Positions 29,300-43,381 of a stretch of 64,000 bases of DNA are shown here, piece by piece. Made by a program: the position numbers and the translations under genes. The stretch is from Lytechinus pictus (Eukaryota): NCBI RefSeq assembly GCF_037042905.1, contig NC_087245.1, positions 30,382,001 through 30,446,000 of the forward strand. The letters are read 5' to 3'. The notes under the pieces were generated by a model. The model was not told the DNA's origin, ran no database searches, and was given only the letters and a program-made list of their open reading frames with translations. Every line of letters starts with the position of its first letter. The first letter of the stretch is position 1.

Positions 29300-29500
29300 A
29301 GGGAGGGCAAATCTTCTTCGCTGTCCCTCACTTCATGTGAACTTCCTGTCTGATAGAATCGCAGCGCCCGCCTGGCTCGCAAGCCCACGGCGCTGACATG
29401 AATACTGTGGCACGCGCACATTGCTGTACTGTATTCGGTTGTCACGTGATCAATTAGATACGACCAATCAGAAACGCGAGCTGAGAAAAGTCAATGTACT
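29300..29500 (-). promoter_or_regulatory. Probable promoter of the minus-strand gene
   Basis: Local CpG enrichment; E-box GTCACGTGAT 29441-29450; CCAAT box (gaccaatcag) ~29462-29471; Ets-like ACTTCCTGT 29341. Confidence 0.55.
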
Positions 29501-30110
29501 CGCGCTATTCATACAATAAAGCGCTTACGATTATCAAAGATGCATCGCTGAAATGAATCGTTTTATCCATTAGTTATTCCTGAAGCGTGTCGAAGGAAAA
29601 TTCTGATTGAAGCATGATATCATGATGATCTATTTTCCTGGTTTTGTTGGAAATTGACTATCAAAACCAATCACTATCTCTTTTTTTCTGAATAAAACTT
29701 TTTTAATGACACAAAGGGGATGCATCGTTTGTTATTTTAAATTTCTCTTTTAAAATTGATATTTTCTTCTTTTCCGTTTTTTATTTGCTCGTTATCCATT
29801 CTAAAAATTTAATGGATACTGGAAGGCCGAGATTCTAGACAAAGAGCAATTTAAGGAAACCATGACAATAGGCCTATTTATTATTTATCTAACCCCCTCC
29901 TTATTCATCTCCTAACTCTTTTAATCTCCTTTTTTTTCCTTTCTTATTCAGTATCCATCTTTTCCTCTTCTTTTTAATTATTTTTCGAAAATTCCAAATA
30001 CGAATTTCTGGCACCACCCGTATTTTGGTGTTTTAAAGAAATCGTTTGACAGTTATGTACAATTGTTTGGACGGGGATGGAGGTGGATTTTTTCGTGGAA
30101 GCCTATTATA

Positions 30111-30864
30111 CAGTGCGTCCCACAAAAAACGAAACCGAGATTTATCGATGATTTACCATGGCCTACCATCGTAAAGCTTAGAATCTCCTCTTTCATCTGA
30201 AATTACTTAGATTATTTCTGATCCACGCATGAGTGAGCAAAAACAATTTGAAGAGGGGATACCAAAAAGTCATTTGGCGGGCTGTATCTGGGTTTCAAAA
30301 AGAAAACCACATTTTCAAAAAGTTCAATATCTGCTCTTTAATTTGATACCTCAATTACAGAAAATGGTCAAGAAATAACAAAGTTCTGGTTATTTGAAAT
30401 AAGGCTTGAATTTCAATAACTTCATAAAATGAAGAGGTTCTACAGGCTAGCGTTCAAACTCACTTAACACTCCGTTTTTAACCATGCGATAGCTTCTGTG
30501 GGAAACCGGTGAAAACGCGTTTATTTAATGAAATTATGGAAATATTGTTTCGAGGGAACATAACTTTTTTACTTCTAGACCATTTTTTGTGATTAAGGTA
30601 TCAAATAAAAGAGCAGATTTTGAACTTTTTAAGCATGTGATATTCTCTTTGAAATTCAGATACCCCCGCCAAATGAGTTTTTGGTATCCTTTCTTCAAAA
30701 TGTTTTTGCTCACTTATGCGTGAATGAGGAATAATCTAAGTAATATCAGATGAAAGAGGAGATTCTAAGCTTTACATTGGTAGGTCATTTTGTCTATTGT
30801 ATTTGTGAATAAGTTTTGATAAATTATCGCTTAATATCGGTTTCGTTTTTTCTGGGACGCACTG
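30111..30864. mobile_element. Tc1/mariner-type MITE with long TIRs and TA TSD
   Basis: ta|cagtgcgtcccacaaaaaacgaaaccga ... tcggtttcgttttttctgggacgcactg|ta; arms imperfectly complementary over ~300 bp. Confidence 0.85.
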
Positions 30865-33431
30865 TACATGTATCTTCTAATGTAAAATGAATATCAAAGT
30901 GCCGTGCGCATTGTCCATCATTTACATTGGATTGCTGTTTTCTCAATAAAATTTTGATGATTCATCGTGGTTGAAGTGAATTTTCATCGAATTGATAGAT
31001 GAGTCACATCATGTTTCCACGAAGTAAACTTCCATTATTGCATCTTCATGCATAAAATTTGGGTAAGTGTGATGAAACTATTTAGGGACGAAGAACTGCG
31101 TATTATGTGGGATACATTACAAGTTTCAATTGATAGTACAAACCAAGGACAGTTGAAGGACCGGAGCGACCGAGCAGATATTTTTCATTATCTAAGGACA
31201 TTTATTTTGTATATTTTGGGTCATTGTACTCTAACTGATTTGCTTAAAAAAGGTACTAATGATGAAATTGGTCTTAAAAAGACACACTCCTGTTTTTAGC
31301 ATTCCTAGTTCCTTATTCCTAAATATATCCCACTCCAATGTTTACAACTTGGTACACTTTTACTGATTTACTGAGTAAAAGAATAATAACTATATGGCCG
31401 GGTGATCCATAGGAGTTATAAAAATAAGTCTTTTTTTAATATGAAGTATCCAAGCTCATGAAAAAGAAATCACCTTTTTGATCGCGTATAAAACTTGTTT
31501 GCAAACATGCTTTTTAAGCGAAATTGAAAGGATCCACATGGTCACATGTGCACCTTGTAGGGTGCATCATAACACTTGGGGCTTTTTAACCCAAGAGGGG
31601 AGGTAGAGTAGACTTTTAAAAAGTAAACTCGGGTTCAGGAGAAAGATCTCCTGCCGGATGCAATCAGTTTCTCAAGATAATGGAAGTTCCCCATGACTGC
31701 ACAAGACACCCGCCCTCTGTACCTTTCTCTGAATGATGCAATCTCTAGCTGGAATTTAATTTCTTGAGAATCGTTCCTTTTTATCAGAGGATGAGCCAGC
31801 CATTCCAAATGCGAGCTCGGCTCATTTTGTAAAAAAATAAATCCATCAGGGGAAAGGGCAAAGCGAGGAAGGGGTGGGAAGGGATTTTATTGTATTGTTT
31901 GCATGCATTCTATTATAACATCCAGTAATGAATCCAAGATATTACCTTGAAAACGGGAAAGGAATCACAATTATGTGGCTTACTTTTCTTCATGTTTATT
32001 AAATTCACTCGGTTTATCGACTCGACTTATTAATACGAATAGACGAATCCTTGGTATGATGAAAACTCGGTTCAATTATGCGCATCCAGCTAAAAATCTG
32101 AAGATAATGCTGAAGATGATTACAATACCAGATGCTCATTTCTAATAGTATGCAATATGGCCTGTGATTCACCAATTTCTCCCGGTTACACTTCGTAATT
32201 CCGAAGGTTCTTTATTCCGAAGGTTCGTAATTCCGAAACACGTAAATTGCCTATACATCGATGTTCGTTAATCCGAAAACGAAAAAGGGTTCGTTAATCA
32301 GAACATTTGTGGCGTTATTACGAAGGTTCGCTATTCCGAAGGTTCGCTATTTCGAAGGTTCGATAATCCGAAAACGAAATAATGTTTTTTATTCCGAAGG
32401 TTCGTTAATCCGAAAACGGAATAAGGTTCGTTGTTCCGATGGTTCGTTAATTCGAAAACGAAATAAGGTTCGTTGTTCCGAAGGTTCGTTAATCCGAAAA
32501 CGAAATAAGGTTTGTTGTTCCGAAGGTTCGTTAATCCGAAAACGAAAAAGGGTTCGTTAATCAGAAAGATTTGTGGCGTTATTACAAAGGTTCGCTATTC
32601 CGAAGGTTCGCTATTTCGAAGGTTCGATAATCCGAAAACGAAATAAGGTTTTTTATTCCGAAGGTTCGTTAATCCGAAAACGAAATAAGGTTCGTTGTTC
32701 CGATGGTTCGTTAATTCGAAAACGAAATAAGGTTCGTTGTTCCGAAGGTTCGATAATCCGAAAACGAAATAAGGTACGTTCGTTGTTCCGAAGGTTCGTT
32801 AATCCGAAAACGAAATAAGGTTCGTTGTTCCGAAGGTTCGATAATTCGAAAACGAAATAAGGTTCGTTGTTCCGAAGGTTCGTTAATCCGAAAACGAAAT
32901 AAGGTTCGTTATTCTGAAGGTTCGTTAATCCGAAAAATGTAAACCGGGAAAGCAGAGGAAGGGAAAGTGTGGTGGGGGGCCCCGTTGCTGTTCAATTGTT
33001 ATGAGGATGGGAAGGCAAGAGCGGCCGAACGAATTTTCATTTGGGGGGCAAAGCCAAAAATGACACTCGTACGTCAAAATGGGCACTTTGGTGAAATTTT
33101 CACCATGAAATTATCATCTGCGTGAAGTCATTGTGTGTTTTATAGTAATTAAGTAGAGAAAACCCTCTTTGAAGTGACTTCTGATTATGGAAAGATGTAT
33201 ATTTAGGCTTTATTTTTCGCGAGAGAGTATGATGAGCGAGCGGTTTGGAAAAAAATTCAAAGCTGAAGTTGTAAAACTCGTTTTTGCGGTCAATTACTGT
33301 TAAAATGGCATTATTGCGAGGTGTTGCGAGCGTGAATCACAAGCTCAAACTTTCGGGCATTTCAATAAGAAATGAAAATAAACAATTCCGAGCAGGTTTC
33401 TGCTATACCATTAAAAGAATGTGCATCTAAC

Positions 33432-33451
33432 CATGGACCCTAGGGTCCATG
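33432..33451. mobile_element. Palindromic transposon footprint with 7-bp TSD
   Basis: CATGGACCCTAGGGTCCATG flanked by ATCTAAC (33425-33431, 33452-33458). Confidence 0.65.
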
Positions 33452-34416
33452 ATCTAACTACAGAATTAACACGAGCGCAAAGCGCGAGGTTAAATATATA
33501 CTGACCAGAAAAGGAACCTGTTAAGGACTGCATTAAGTGACCTCCTTAGAATACATATTTCACCACCAATCGAATAATGCCAGTGCGAAGCGCGAGATGA
33601 AAAATTGTAATATTCTAGCCTGAAAATTAATCTAAAATGTATACTTTAAAAAGAGTATTCATTTTGAAAAAAAGGAATTTTCATTATGGAAAAAATAGCA
33701 CTTCCCTGTTATTTATTTTGGGGGTGCAAGTGCCCCCTGCACCACCCCCCCCCCCCCCAGTCAATAATTAGCTTTATTCTTATAAAATAAAGTAAATATG
33801 TAATAATATCATAAGCCCTTTTTTAATTAATGCAAGCGCTAAGCGCGGGCTATAATTTTTTTTTGAAATATGATGGGCAATATGCTTGTGATCTTCAAAA
33901 CAAGATGCCTATGTAACTAGAACATGCGAGAAAGAAGCGCGAGCAGAAATTTTAAATATAAGCTCTGACATGTCTGACCTGATCTAAAAGGGCCATGTTA
34001 AGTAATTTTTGCAGTTAGCCATGAAGACGATACATTTTTCAATGGCGGCGGAGCGTATTTTCCTTGGGGGGGGGGCAAAGCCAAAAAAGGTGCACTTATA
34101 TGCCAAAACGGGCATTTTGGTGAAAACGGATATTTTCACCATGAGATTATCATCTGTGTAAAGAAGTTGTGTGTTTTGTAGTAATTAAGTTGAGCTAAGT
34201 TATTTGAATTGATTTCTGATTGATAAGATAAATATTTAGGTTTTATTTTTCGCGAGCAAGCGAAGCGAGCAAGCGGTTTGGAACTTTTTTTTCAAATCTG
34301 AAGTTGTAAAACTCGCTTTTCGGTCAATTATGGACCCAATTACTGTTAAAAGGGCATCCTTGTGAGATGTTGCGGGCGAATCACGAGCTCAAACTTTTGG
34401 AAATTTCATGTAGGCC

Positions 34417-34780
34417 TAATAATAATAATAATGATAATAATAATAATGATAATAATAATAATGATAATAATAATAATGATAATAATAATAATGATATTGG
34501 TATTATTTATCAAGGGAAGCCATTTTAGTTCTGAAAACTGTTCTCCCAGCGGGCCCTGCTATTATTATTACCCGGCTTTGGCTGGGCTGCCTATATAGGC
34601 GCCCAAAGGAAGGCATTTAATGAATTTCTTCCTACCGGGTACCCATTCACCTCACCTGGGTTGAGTGCAGCACAGTGTGCCTACATTTCTTGCTGAATGA
34701 AATTACTCCATGGCTGGGATTCGAACATACGATCCTCTGTTTCATAGTCAGAAGACTAATCCACTGGGCCACAACGCCCC
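34417..34780 (-). mobile_element. tRNA-derived SINE
   Basis: Minus strand: A box TGGCCCAGTGG, B box GTTCGAATCC, central tgtgctgcactcaacccaggtgagg domain, (ATT/ATC)n tail. Confidence 0.85.
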
Positions 34781-35418
34781 ACATAAAAAGTAAACATGCC
34801 GAACATTTTTTGTAATCATGAAAAAAAGATTAACATTGTTAACTCTAGGCGTAACGATCAGTAAAATTTTATTAAAACATTTATATTCTTTATTACCATG
34901 TTTATTATGATCATCATTAGTATTATTTTTATTTTTATTACCAGCGGAAGCTCTTATTAAAATGACATCCCCTCCAATACAAATCCTATTATCTGGAGGT
35001 TACTCGCGGGCGACCAACACACTTAATCCCCTGCATCCTTAAACCATTTTCTTAAACAGCAATTGCTCAGATAAAATAGAAATTAAGCCTATATATGCTT
35101 GATTCGGGCGCCTATTCTTAATGCAATACATGCTTTGGTCACATGACACACATGTATCATCGTTCGTTATTACTATTAAATATTGCATAATATCATGTTA
35201 TCTTGTAAGGACAACACCGTTCTTGTTACCAAAATGAATTAATTTCATTTTCGGAAATACGAACCTTCGGATTGGAACCTTATTTCGTTTTCGGAATTAC
35301 GAATGTATGCGATTTCTCCCTGTCCATGAATAAGCTTTTCACACTGCACTTTTTTTAACCCCGGGAAATTTGTGGGGGTATAAGGGGGGGGGGGTCTTAG
35401 CCCCACCAAATTCCCGGG

Positions 35419-36736
35419 CCCAGAAGGAAGGGTTAGACCAGTAAAAAAAATTACTGCATGGTTTCCAGTAGAATTTTACTGGTTTCCAGTATATTTTTAC
35501 TGGGCCAGTTGATTTTTAACTGGACGAGTAATAATCAACTTGAGACCAGTTCCAACAATTGCATTCCAGTTGAAGCAATTAGTAGCACCAGTTAAATTGT
35601 TTTTCATCAAACTGGTGTTTCTGGTCCAATAAATGGTTTCCAGTAGATTTTTACTGGTTTCCAGTATATGTTTACTCGACCAGTTGATTTTTAACTGGAC
35701 CGGCAGTAAAAATCAACTGGAGACCAGTTCAAACAATTACATTCCAGTTGAAGCAAAGTAGTAATACCAGTTAAATTGTTTATCATCAAACTGGTGTTAC
35801 TGGTCCAATAAATAATGACTTTATTTCAAGTCAGATCATTTGACGAATTATGGAAAATGAATCTTGCAATTCAGAGAAAGTTATTATCGTTATCATTGTT
35901 ATCATCATTCTTCTTATAATTATCATAATTATTATTATGATTATTATGATCATTGTTGTTATCATTCTTATTACTGTTATCATTGTTATTGATACTGTAA
36001 TTATTATTGTTAATATAATCATAATTATCAAGTATTAACATTATCATTAAAATAATTATTTCCTTTAATTATGATTAAGATCAAAGCAAGATATATTCCT
36101 CTGATATAGTCAACTGGTCTAAAGTAATTCATTGTTTGAAATTGAACTGGTCAAGACCAGTAATACCAGTAATTCTGATGATGCTGATCACGTGGTTTAC
36201 CTCATTTGCATATTTCCTATTTTAAAAAGAAAAATCAGGATTTAGAATGGAATATCCTTGCAATGGCATTCATTGTTGTTTAAAAACTTTCCAAATAAGT
36301 GTGTGAACTAATTCACAATGAAAATGTGTAATTTCGTATATCACATTTTAAATAACAGCAGAAAGATTAATTTACTAACCATCTTTTCCATCACATTTCA
36401 CTGACCATGCATGGTATATAACAAACCAAATGCATGAAATAAATTGATCCCGTAAGACCAGTACGAGGACCAGATCGACCAGTTCGAGGACCAGTCAGAC
36501 CAGTCGAAAATACCAGTAAAGCCCAGCTTGAATTGGATACCAGTATGAAGACCAGAAACAAGACCAGTATAAAATTCCAGGAATTCAAGACCAGTTTAAT
36601 TTTTAACTGGACCAGTAAAATTTTAACTGGACCAGTATGACCAGTTAGACCAGTAAACCGATGTTCCAATTGCAGAGTTACCAGTTAAAATTCTACTGGT
36701 CTAACAGGTCCAGTGGAACTGTTTTTTCCTTCTGGG
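35419..36736. mobile_element. CCC..GGG element with ACTGG/CCAGT subrepeats and 2-bp TSD
   Basis: gg|cccagaaggaa ... ttccttctggg|gg; the left half is rich in actgg, the right half in accagt. Confidence 0.7.
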
Positions 36737-36821
36737 GGGTTAAGCTTAGCCCACTTCGTTTTCACACTACGTTTTAGCAAAGTGGGCTAGCACGGTATAC
36801 GGTACTATCTGGCCCTGCAAT

Positions 36822-38872
36822 ATGCTTTTCACACTGCATTCCCTTAACCCCATAATAATAATGAATAATAATACATTGTATTTATATAGCGCTTAATACA
36901 TAGTGTTTCTAAGCGCTTTACAAAACGATTAAGTAGCTTACATCAATAACATTGAACAGTATAACACACAAGAAAGGAAATGTACAGTGTAAAGTATTTT
37001 CATATCACAAATTACAAATTAGCTAAGAAAACTGCCTGCTCAAGTTGGGAAGTACATGTACAAAATAATGATAATGATAAAAACAATGACGTTTATTAAT
37101 TAAATAGTTCGCATTCAAAAAGTTTAAACAAAATGAATTATCAGAAATACAATTACATATAGATTATGTTTGATTATACTATCCTTAACCCCGGACTATC
37201 CGTAACCCGGCCATGCTATCCCTTTTTCGATTCACACTGTCTTTCTTATTCCCATACCATATGCTTAGCCAGGGATAAATAGTATGGGATAAGAAAGACA
37301 GTTGTGAATAAAAAAAAGATTGTATGGGGTTCCGCGGGGTTAAGGATATATATTAAGCACTGGCGTAAATCCGTGTTGATGGGTGGGGGGGGGGGTGACT
37401 GAAATATTTGGCATTTTTTGCAATCATTTTTTAGATATGCAAGGAATTGTCATTGATATGTCCACAGTGGCGTACCGTGGGTCACGGCATTGGGGAGGGG
37501 GGGGGGCACCAGCAAAATTTTTGAATCACTAAGTGAGTGCGCTAAGTTGCCAGTTATACTGACCTAATAGAGACATTTTAAAGACAATGTCATTAAACGG
37601 ATATGTAGCTCACTGATCAAATAATGCGAGCGCGAAGCGCGAGCTGAAATTTTTTTATATTCACACCTAAAAAGGGACAATATAATCAAATTTGTGTAAT
37701 CATGATAGGTACCTGTCTCGCTAAACAATGCGAGCGCGAAGCGCGAGCTGAACACTTAGATAATTCAGACCTGAAGTGGGGCATTCTAAGGTTTCTTTGT
37801 AGGAATTAACTAGGACCATACGTATTTCATTAACCAAATGATGCGAGCGCGAAGCGCGAGCTGAAAATTTTTGATATTCAGATCAGAAGAAGGGACATTT
37901 TAAGGACTGATTTTAGGAATTCATGAAGAGTAGACATATCTCACCAATCCACTAATGCAAACGTAATCACGGACAGGAAATGTTTCATATATACGAAGAC
38001 CTTAACATGGGGCAATCACTTTTGAGTCATGAAAAAGAAGCATATGTCACTACATAAAACAATGATAACTCAAGTGCTAGGAAATATATTTGGTTTATAT
38101 TGACTTGAAAACGGTATGTTACAGGATTATATATCTCGTTAAACAGACAATGCGAGCACCAGGAACAATAAAAATAGACGTAGGCCCTGGGCAAATTATG
38201 TTTCATAAAGTTGTAATGTAACATAACATAATTATAATATAATATAACATTATAATGAATAATATAACATTATAATGAATAATATTTTCTTCTTTCCCAC
38301 TACGTTTCTCTTCCTTTCTCCCTCTTTTCTCCTTTTCCCCCTTTCCTCGTTTTTGTTTTTGGTCAGCCGATGGGGGGGGGGATGTGCCCCCCCATGTCCC
38401 CCGTAGTTACGCCACTGTATGTCCATATAAATACCCCTCCAATATTATTATCTTTTTTTACCCCATGATGGTATAATGGTTTTATTAGAGATTACATTAA
38501 ACAAAAATTGACATTCCATCTTCATCCCTTCCCAAAGACCCCAACATTGATGAATTGGAAGAAACAGGGGTTTCTCTTCAATGTTATAATAAGGACATAA
38601 GTATTTCGTTTGGAAATGGTGAAATGGCTCTTTATTTGTATTTTATGATTTAATAATATTGTTTTATTTGTTAAGCGGTATTTTAGGAAGAATTTTCACC
38701 AATAAAACAATTATCTTTTGTGATTTTTTTTCATTTCTTTCGTAAAAAGTGGGGGATGTTTGTACAGGCCATCCCCCCCCCTCCTCGAAAAGTGGGGGGA
38801 TATATCCCCCCCATCCCCCCGGGATTTACGCCAGTGATATTAAGGGTTAAGGAAATGCAGTGTGAAAAGCAT
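36822..38872. mobile_element. TIR element hosting two nested hAT-like MITEs
   Basis: Outer TIR atgcttttcacactgcattcccttaaccc / gggttaaggaaatgcagtgtgaaaagcat; inner 37358-38836 (TSD ATATTAAG); innermost 37465-38417 (TSD TATGTCCA). Confidence 0.8.
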
Positions 38873-39929
38873 AGAAGTCGCTCTCAAACGACCCAGGAGC
38901 ACTATACACTGGATTCGACAATAAAAGGACTACCATTGAACCACGAAACCATTAAAAATGGCAATTCCAAACGTTCTGGGAGGAATGAAATTTGTTTTAC
39001 ATGACAATGAGGAGAAAATGTTCTTAAAAAATAATATACAATGACTGACTGATAGACGCTGAAGACTGAAATGTCATCATGGAAAGGATTATAATACAGG
39101 AAGGATGCCTTGTAAATGCTTTGAGAATCAACATGAGCAGTGGCATGCTTAGTGAAATCATATGTGTTGATCTCCAATCATTGAAATATACTCCGCTTAC
39201 CTGTATGTAAACTTAGGCCCTAAGACTATATACGGCTATAAATAGGCACTATATTAGACTGGAATGTGATTTTTCAAATTTCATAAGGATTATTATTTTT
39301 TTTTCTTTTAATTTCATAGAATAAAATTATGATGGTGATCCCATGGTGATTATGAGTGTGTGTGATTGATTTTTTTCTCGTTTATCTATCTGGCCACCAA
39401 TCCCGAGAATTCAGTAAACAAATATAATATCAAAATGTTTATTCAGGATTGGATGTTAAGAAATCGGATTAGATCCAATTAGTGGAAGATGAAGAAAAAG
39501 CAGAATTAGAAGATGAAATAATATACTGGGGGCGGGGTGCCCGGCATCGGAAGGGTGTACCATCGACACCCGTACGTGCATCGACACTAAACCACTGCCT
39601 CACATGGCCATCAATGAAGTTGTAAAATGATTGCGACATAAATTTTTTGGAATGAGTCAACGTAGTTCGCTGATCCTCATCTCTCATTCATATCCCCGTC
39701 CATACAATGTACGAAGAACCACGAGAATTGATACAGCAAATAGTCACGTCACACGCCCTTGAACCGCATTACTCAGAACATGAGATTGAAATTGAGAAAT
39801 GCCTTCTAAATTTACCATATCAATGAAAAATAATATTAAGTTCATTGTTTGTGATAATCTAAAAGACTTTGACGGTAAGAGCTCTTTGTAAACATTTGCC
39901 AAAAGGAATGTAAAACAGAACTATATTTT

Positions 39930-40535
<606 letters not shown>

Positions 40536-41034
40536 TAAAGAATAAGTTACACTTACAGACACAATTAACGTCAGATCGATCTTTAAGCCCAGAAATCGAT
40601 GGGTGCACACATTTGAAAAATTATGTCTGGGGTGTCTGGAGAAAAAAAATATTTTTCTCATTTCAAAAAAATTTCATATTTTCTTTGTGAATTTGAATAG
40701 AAATAACCTTCAGACTGACAGAAATATAAAATTTTATGAAAAAATCCAATTATTTGCTGCAAAAAAGAAGAATGAAATCAGGTCAATTTTCAGCATTTTC
40801 CTGCCATAGTCAAGACTGTGTAGGCCTACCTGGTATTAAACTAATGGTATAGGCCTAGTCTTGAGGACTCCGTGAGCATATTTTTTATGATTTTGATATT
40901 GTCATAACTCGCGGAGTCTTCAACTTTCAAGGCATCCTATCTCAGTTAGCCAGGCGGCTTCTAGAGAGTAAAAATCATTTACTAATGTAAGGTCACTCTC
41001 ATACGAAGCCAGGCCTTCTATCCCATCAGTAGAC

Positions 41035-41497
41035 TGGTAGAGGCGCACGGCCAATGGGAGACTCTCTCCAATAGGGGAGACAATCTCCCACATTGGAGAC
41101 TTGCTTTGCAAAAGGACAAAAGAAACAACACCAACATAGTCATAAGTATGATTTTTTCCACCCAAAATTTTGTCTCACTGAGGTCAGAAGCCCATTTGTT
41201 TTGTGTGTGATTGACAACAAAATTCCTTATCAAAATAAAAGTAGAAGGTGAATTTTTAAAGTAGACGGTGAAAAGGGGTAATTTTTCATGAGGAATCTGC
41301 TTATCACATTTTTATTTGCCGCCAAGGTACGGTAATCCTTTTGCAGCAAATGTAAAGAAAGGAAATTGGACTCCAAAACTGGAGACTGTCTCTGAAATTG
41401 GATAGGGCCTACCCAAATTCTTTACAAAAGTCTCTGATATTGGAGATAATCTCCCACAGTGGAGACAGTCTCCAATATTGGCCGTGCGCCTCTACTG
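41035..41497. mobile_element. hAT-like MITE with ggagac/gtctcc subrepeats
   Basis: TIR gtagaggcgcacggccaat / attggccgtgcgcctctactg; TSD not clean. Confidence 0.65.
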
Positions 41498-43251
41498 CCC
41501 ATAGACCCACACAATGGAAGCCAAAACCTGAAACTTTCACCCCCGAGATTTCTTCTTTCCTTCTAAAAGATCTAGCTCTAAGTCATGTACATGGGATAAA
41601 ACTTCATTTCCGACATTTCTACGCTCTCGTTATTTTTAAAACAAGAATTCATCAAAAAAAAGAAAAAATATTGTGAAAAGACGGAAGAGACTTGCACGAT
41701 GTTTACGCCGCCATCTTGTTTCTTATTGTACTTCCCCAACGTTACGCTACGCTCGCGTCCGTAAACCCAGGGGCTTACCGTGTATTTGACCATACTCACG
41801 GGACTAGGGTGATTTATGGTCTAAATATTTCTCCAAATGAATTGTGAAAACAGAAAGTATACAATTACCACGATTATATGGATGAAGGTCTAACGAGTGG
41901 CAGTTTCCTGACATCTGGGCACAGACTGGAACCTCAAAAAATGAAAAGTTCTCTCCTTCTACCCCCGTCTCGATCGGCCATTTTTGTTAAAAATCGTAAC
42001 AAAATGGCCGATCGAGACTGGGGTAGAAGGAGAGAACTTTTCGTTTTTTGAGGTTCCACTAAAAATTAAATCTGACATAGAAATATCAAACACAAAATTG
42101 TATTTTTTTCTATATTATAATTTGATGCGTAGAGTGATCAGCCATGCAAAAAAAAAAACACTTTTGACCGCCCCCTCCCCCCCCCCCCCATCCGAAGCAT
42201 ATAGATTGACAGGCGTGATAGATAAATTGAGAATAACCTAGAAGCATTGAGAGTTTAAAAAAATTATTGGAGCTATATAATCATTGAAAAAGGGTTTTTA
42301 AAAATGTGAATATTATAGAAGTTTCCTCAATTGCTAATTCCATTCTTTTTAATTTTTGTTTGTGCTTTTCTTTTAGACGTTTGTAATTTTCTTCCTCTTT
42401 TTGTCTTTTTTATATTATGGCAAAAAGTAGCCAAATAAATAACTCATGATCATATATGATAATGATTTTAATTAATCCAAATCAAAGATGCATTTAAATT
42501 GTATTTTCATAGGAAATTCCAAAGAAATTGTTGTTTAATCATTGTTAGTAGAGACTAAAGGTAAATGGAAATATGAAAGAAAATTACAGTAAATCCTGCC
42601 AAACGATAGTTATTTGCCCGTTTATGTTCTTCTTGACGTTTGCGTCTGCTAGAAAAAGTGCAGCCATCGTCATCCCCAACTTAACCTCTCCTTAACGCAG
42701 TGTTAAATTTTCGTGTTATCTTTGAACAAAATTTTAGCTAACACCATTTTCAGAATACCAAATTTCGTGTTATCTTCCTCCCTAACACCGCGTATGGGGG
42801 TTGCGCGTTGTGCACTGCGTATTTCATGACCTGCGCGGTGTTACCATTTGGGCCACGTGTTTTTCATGCTAACACGATTTTCAGAATACCAATCGTGTTA
42901 GCTAACACCGTTTTTGTGCTAACACGGTTTTCAGAATACCGCCCCTGGGCTCCCTGGGTTAGGGGAAATGACAATCTCAACACACACACAAATAAGGGTT
43001 TGCAATTTATCTCTAAATCCTTATTTAAAATGATCATATAAACTTGTCCTTACTGTCAAAAGAAGTCCCTGAATTTTCCCTTTCCATACATCCCACACAT
43101 TAGATAGAAATCAATTCAGATCACATTTTTTTAGCAGCCTGAATTTCCCGAAAAAATGTGCCATATTTTCCCCTAAATTAGCCTGTATTATGCTGACACT
43201 TTTCAGTGTGGCTTCAGACACCCTATTATGTCAGTCGAATCTTGTCAGACT

Positions 43252-43381
43252 TAGCCAGGCGGCTTCGAGAGAGTAAAAATCATTTACTAACGCAAGGTTA
43301 CTCTCATACGAAGCCAGGGCTTCGTATGAGAGTAACCTTACGTAAGTAAATGATTTTTCCTCTCTAGAAGCTGCCTGGCTA
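43252..43381. mobile_element. 130-bp hairpin MITE with 8-bp TSD
   Basis: GTCAGACT|tagccaggcggc ... gctgcctggcta|GTCAGACT; near-perfect palindrome; half copy at ~40946-41013. Confidence 0.85.

Larger units (their letters stand above)
32183..35311. mobile_element. Composite foldback element with ~39-bp tandem array and nested cargo
   Basis: Left arm 32183-32940 of (ggttcgttaatccgaaaacgaaataaggttcgttgttccgaa)n; short inverted right arm 35245-35311; TSD ATTTCTCC(C) at 32175-32182 and 35312-35319. Confidence 0.7.

Noticed and set aside
32190..32940. Regular ~39-bp repeat array resembling a CRISPR array; repetitive ORFs 32261-32560 and 32573-32818
   Set aside because: No unique spacers, no cas genes and a eukaryotic context; it is the tandem arm of a foldback element.
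34710..34780. tRNA gene
   Set aside because: A and B boxes are present but the cloverleaf is degenerate and continues into a SINE body and tail.
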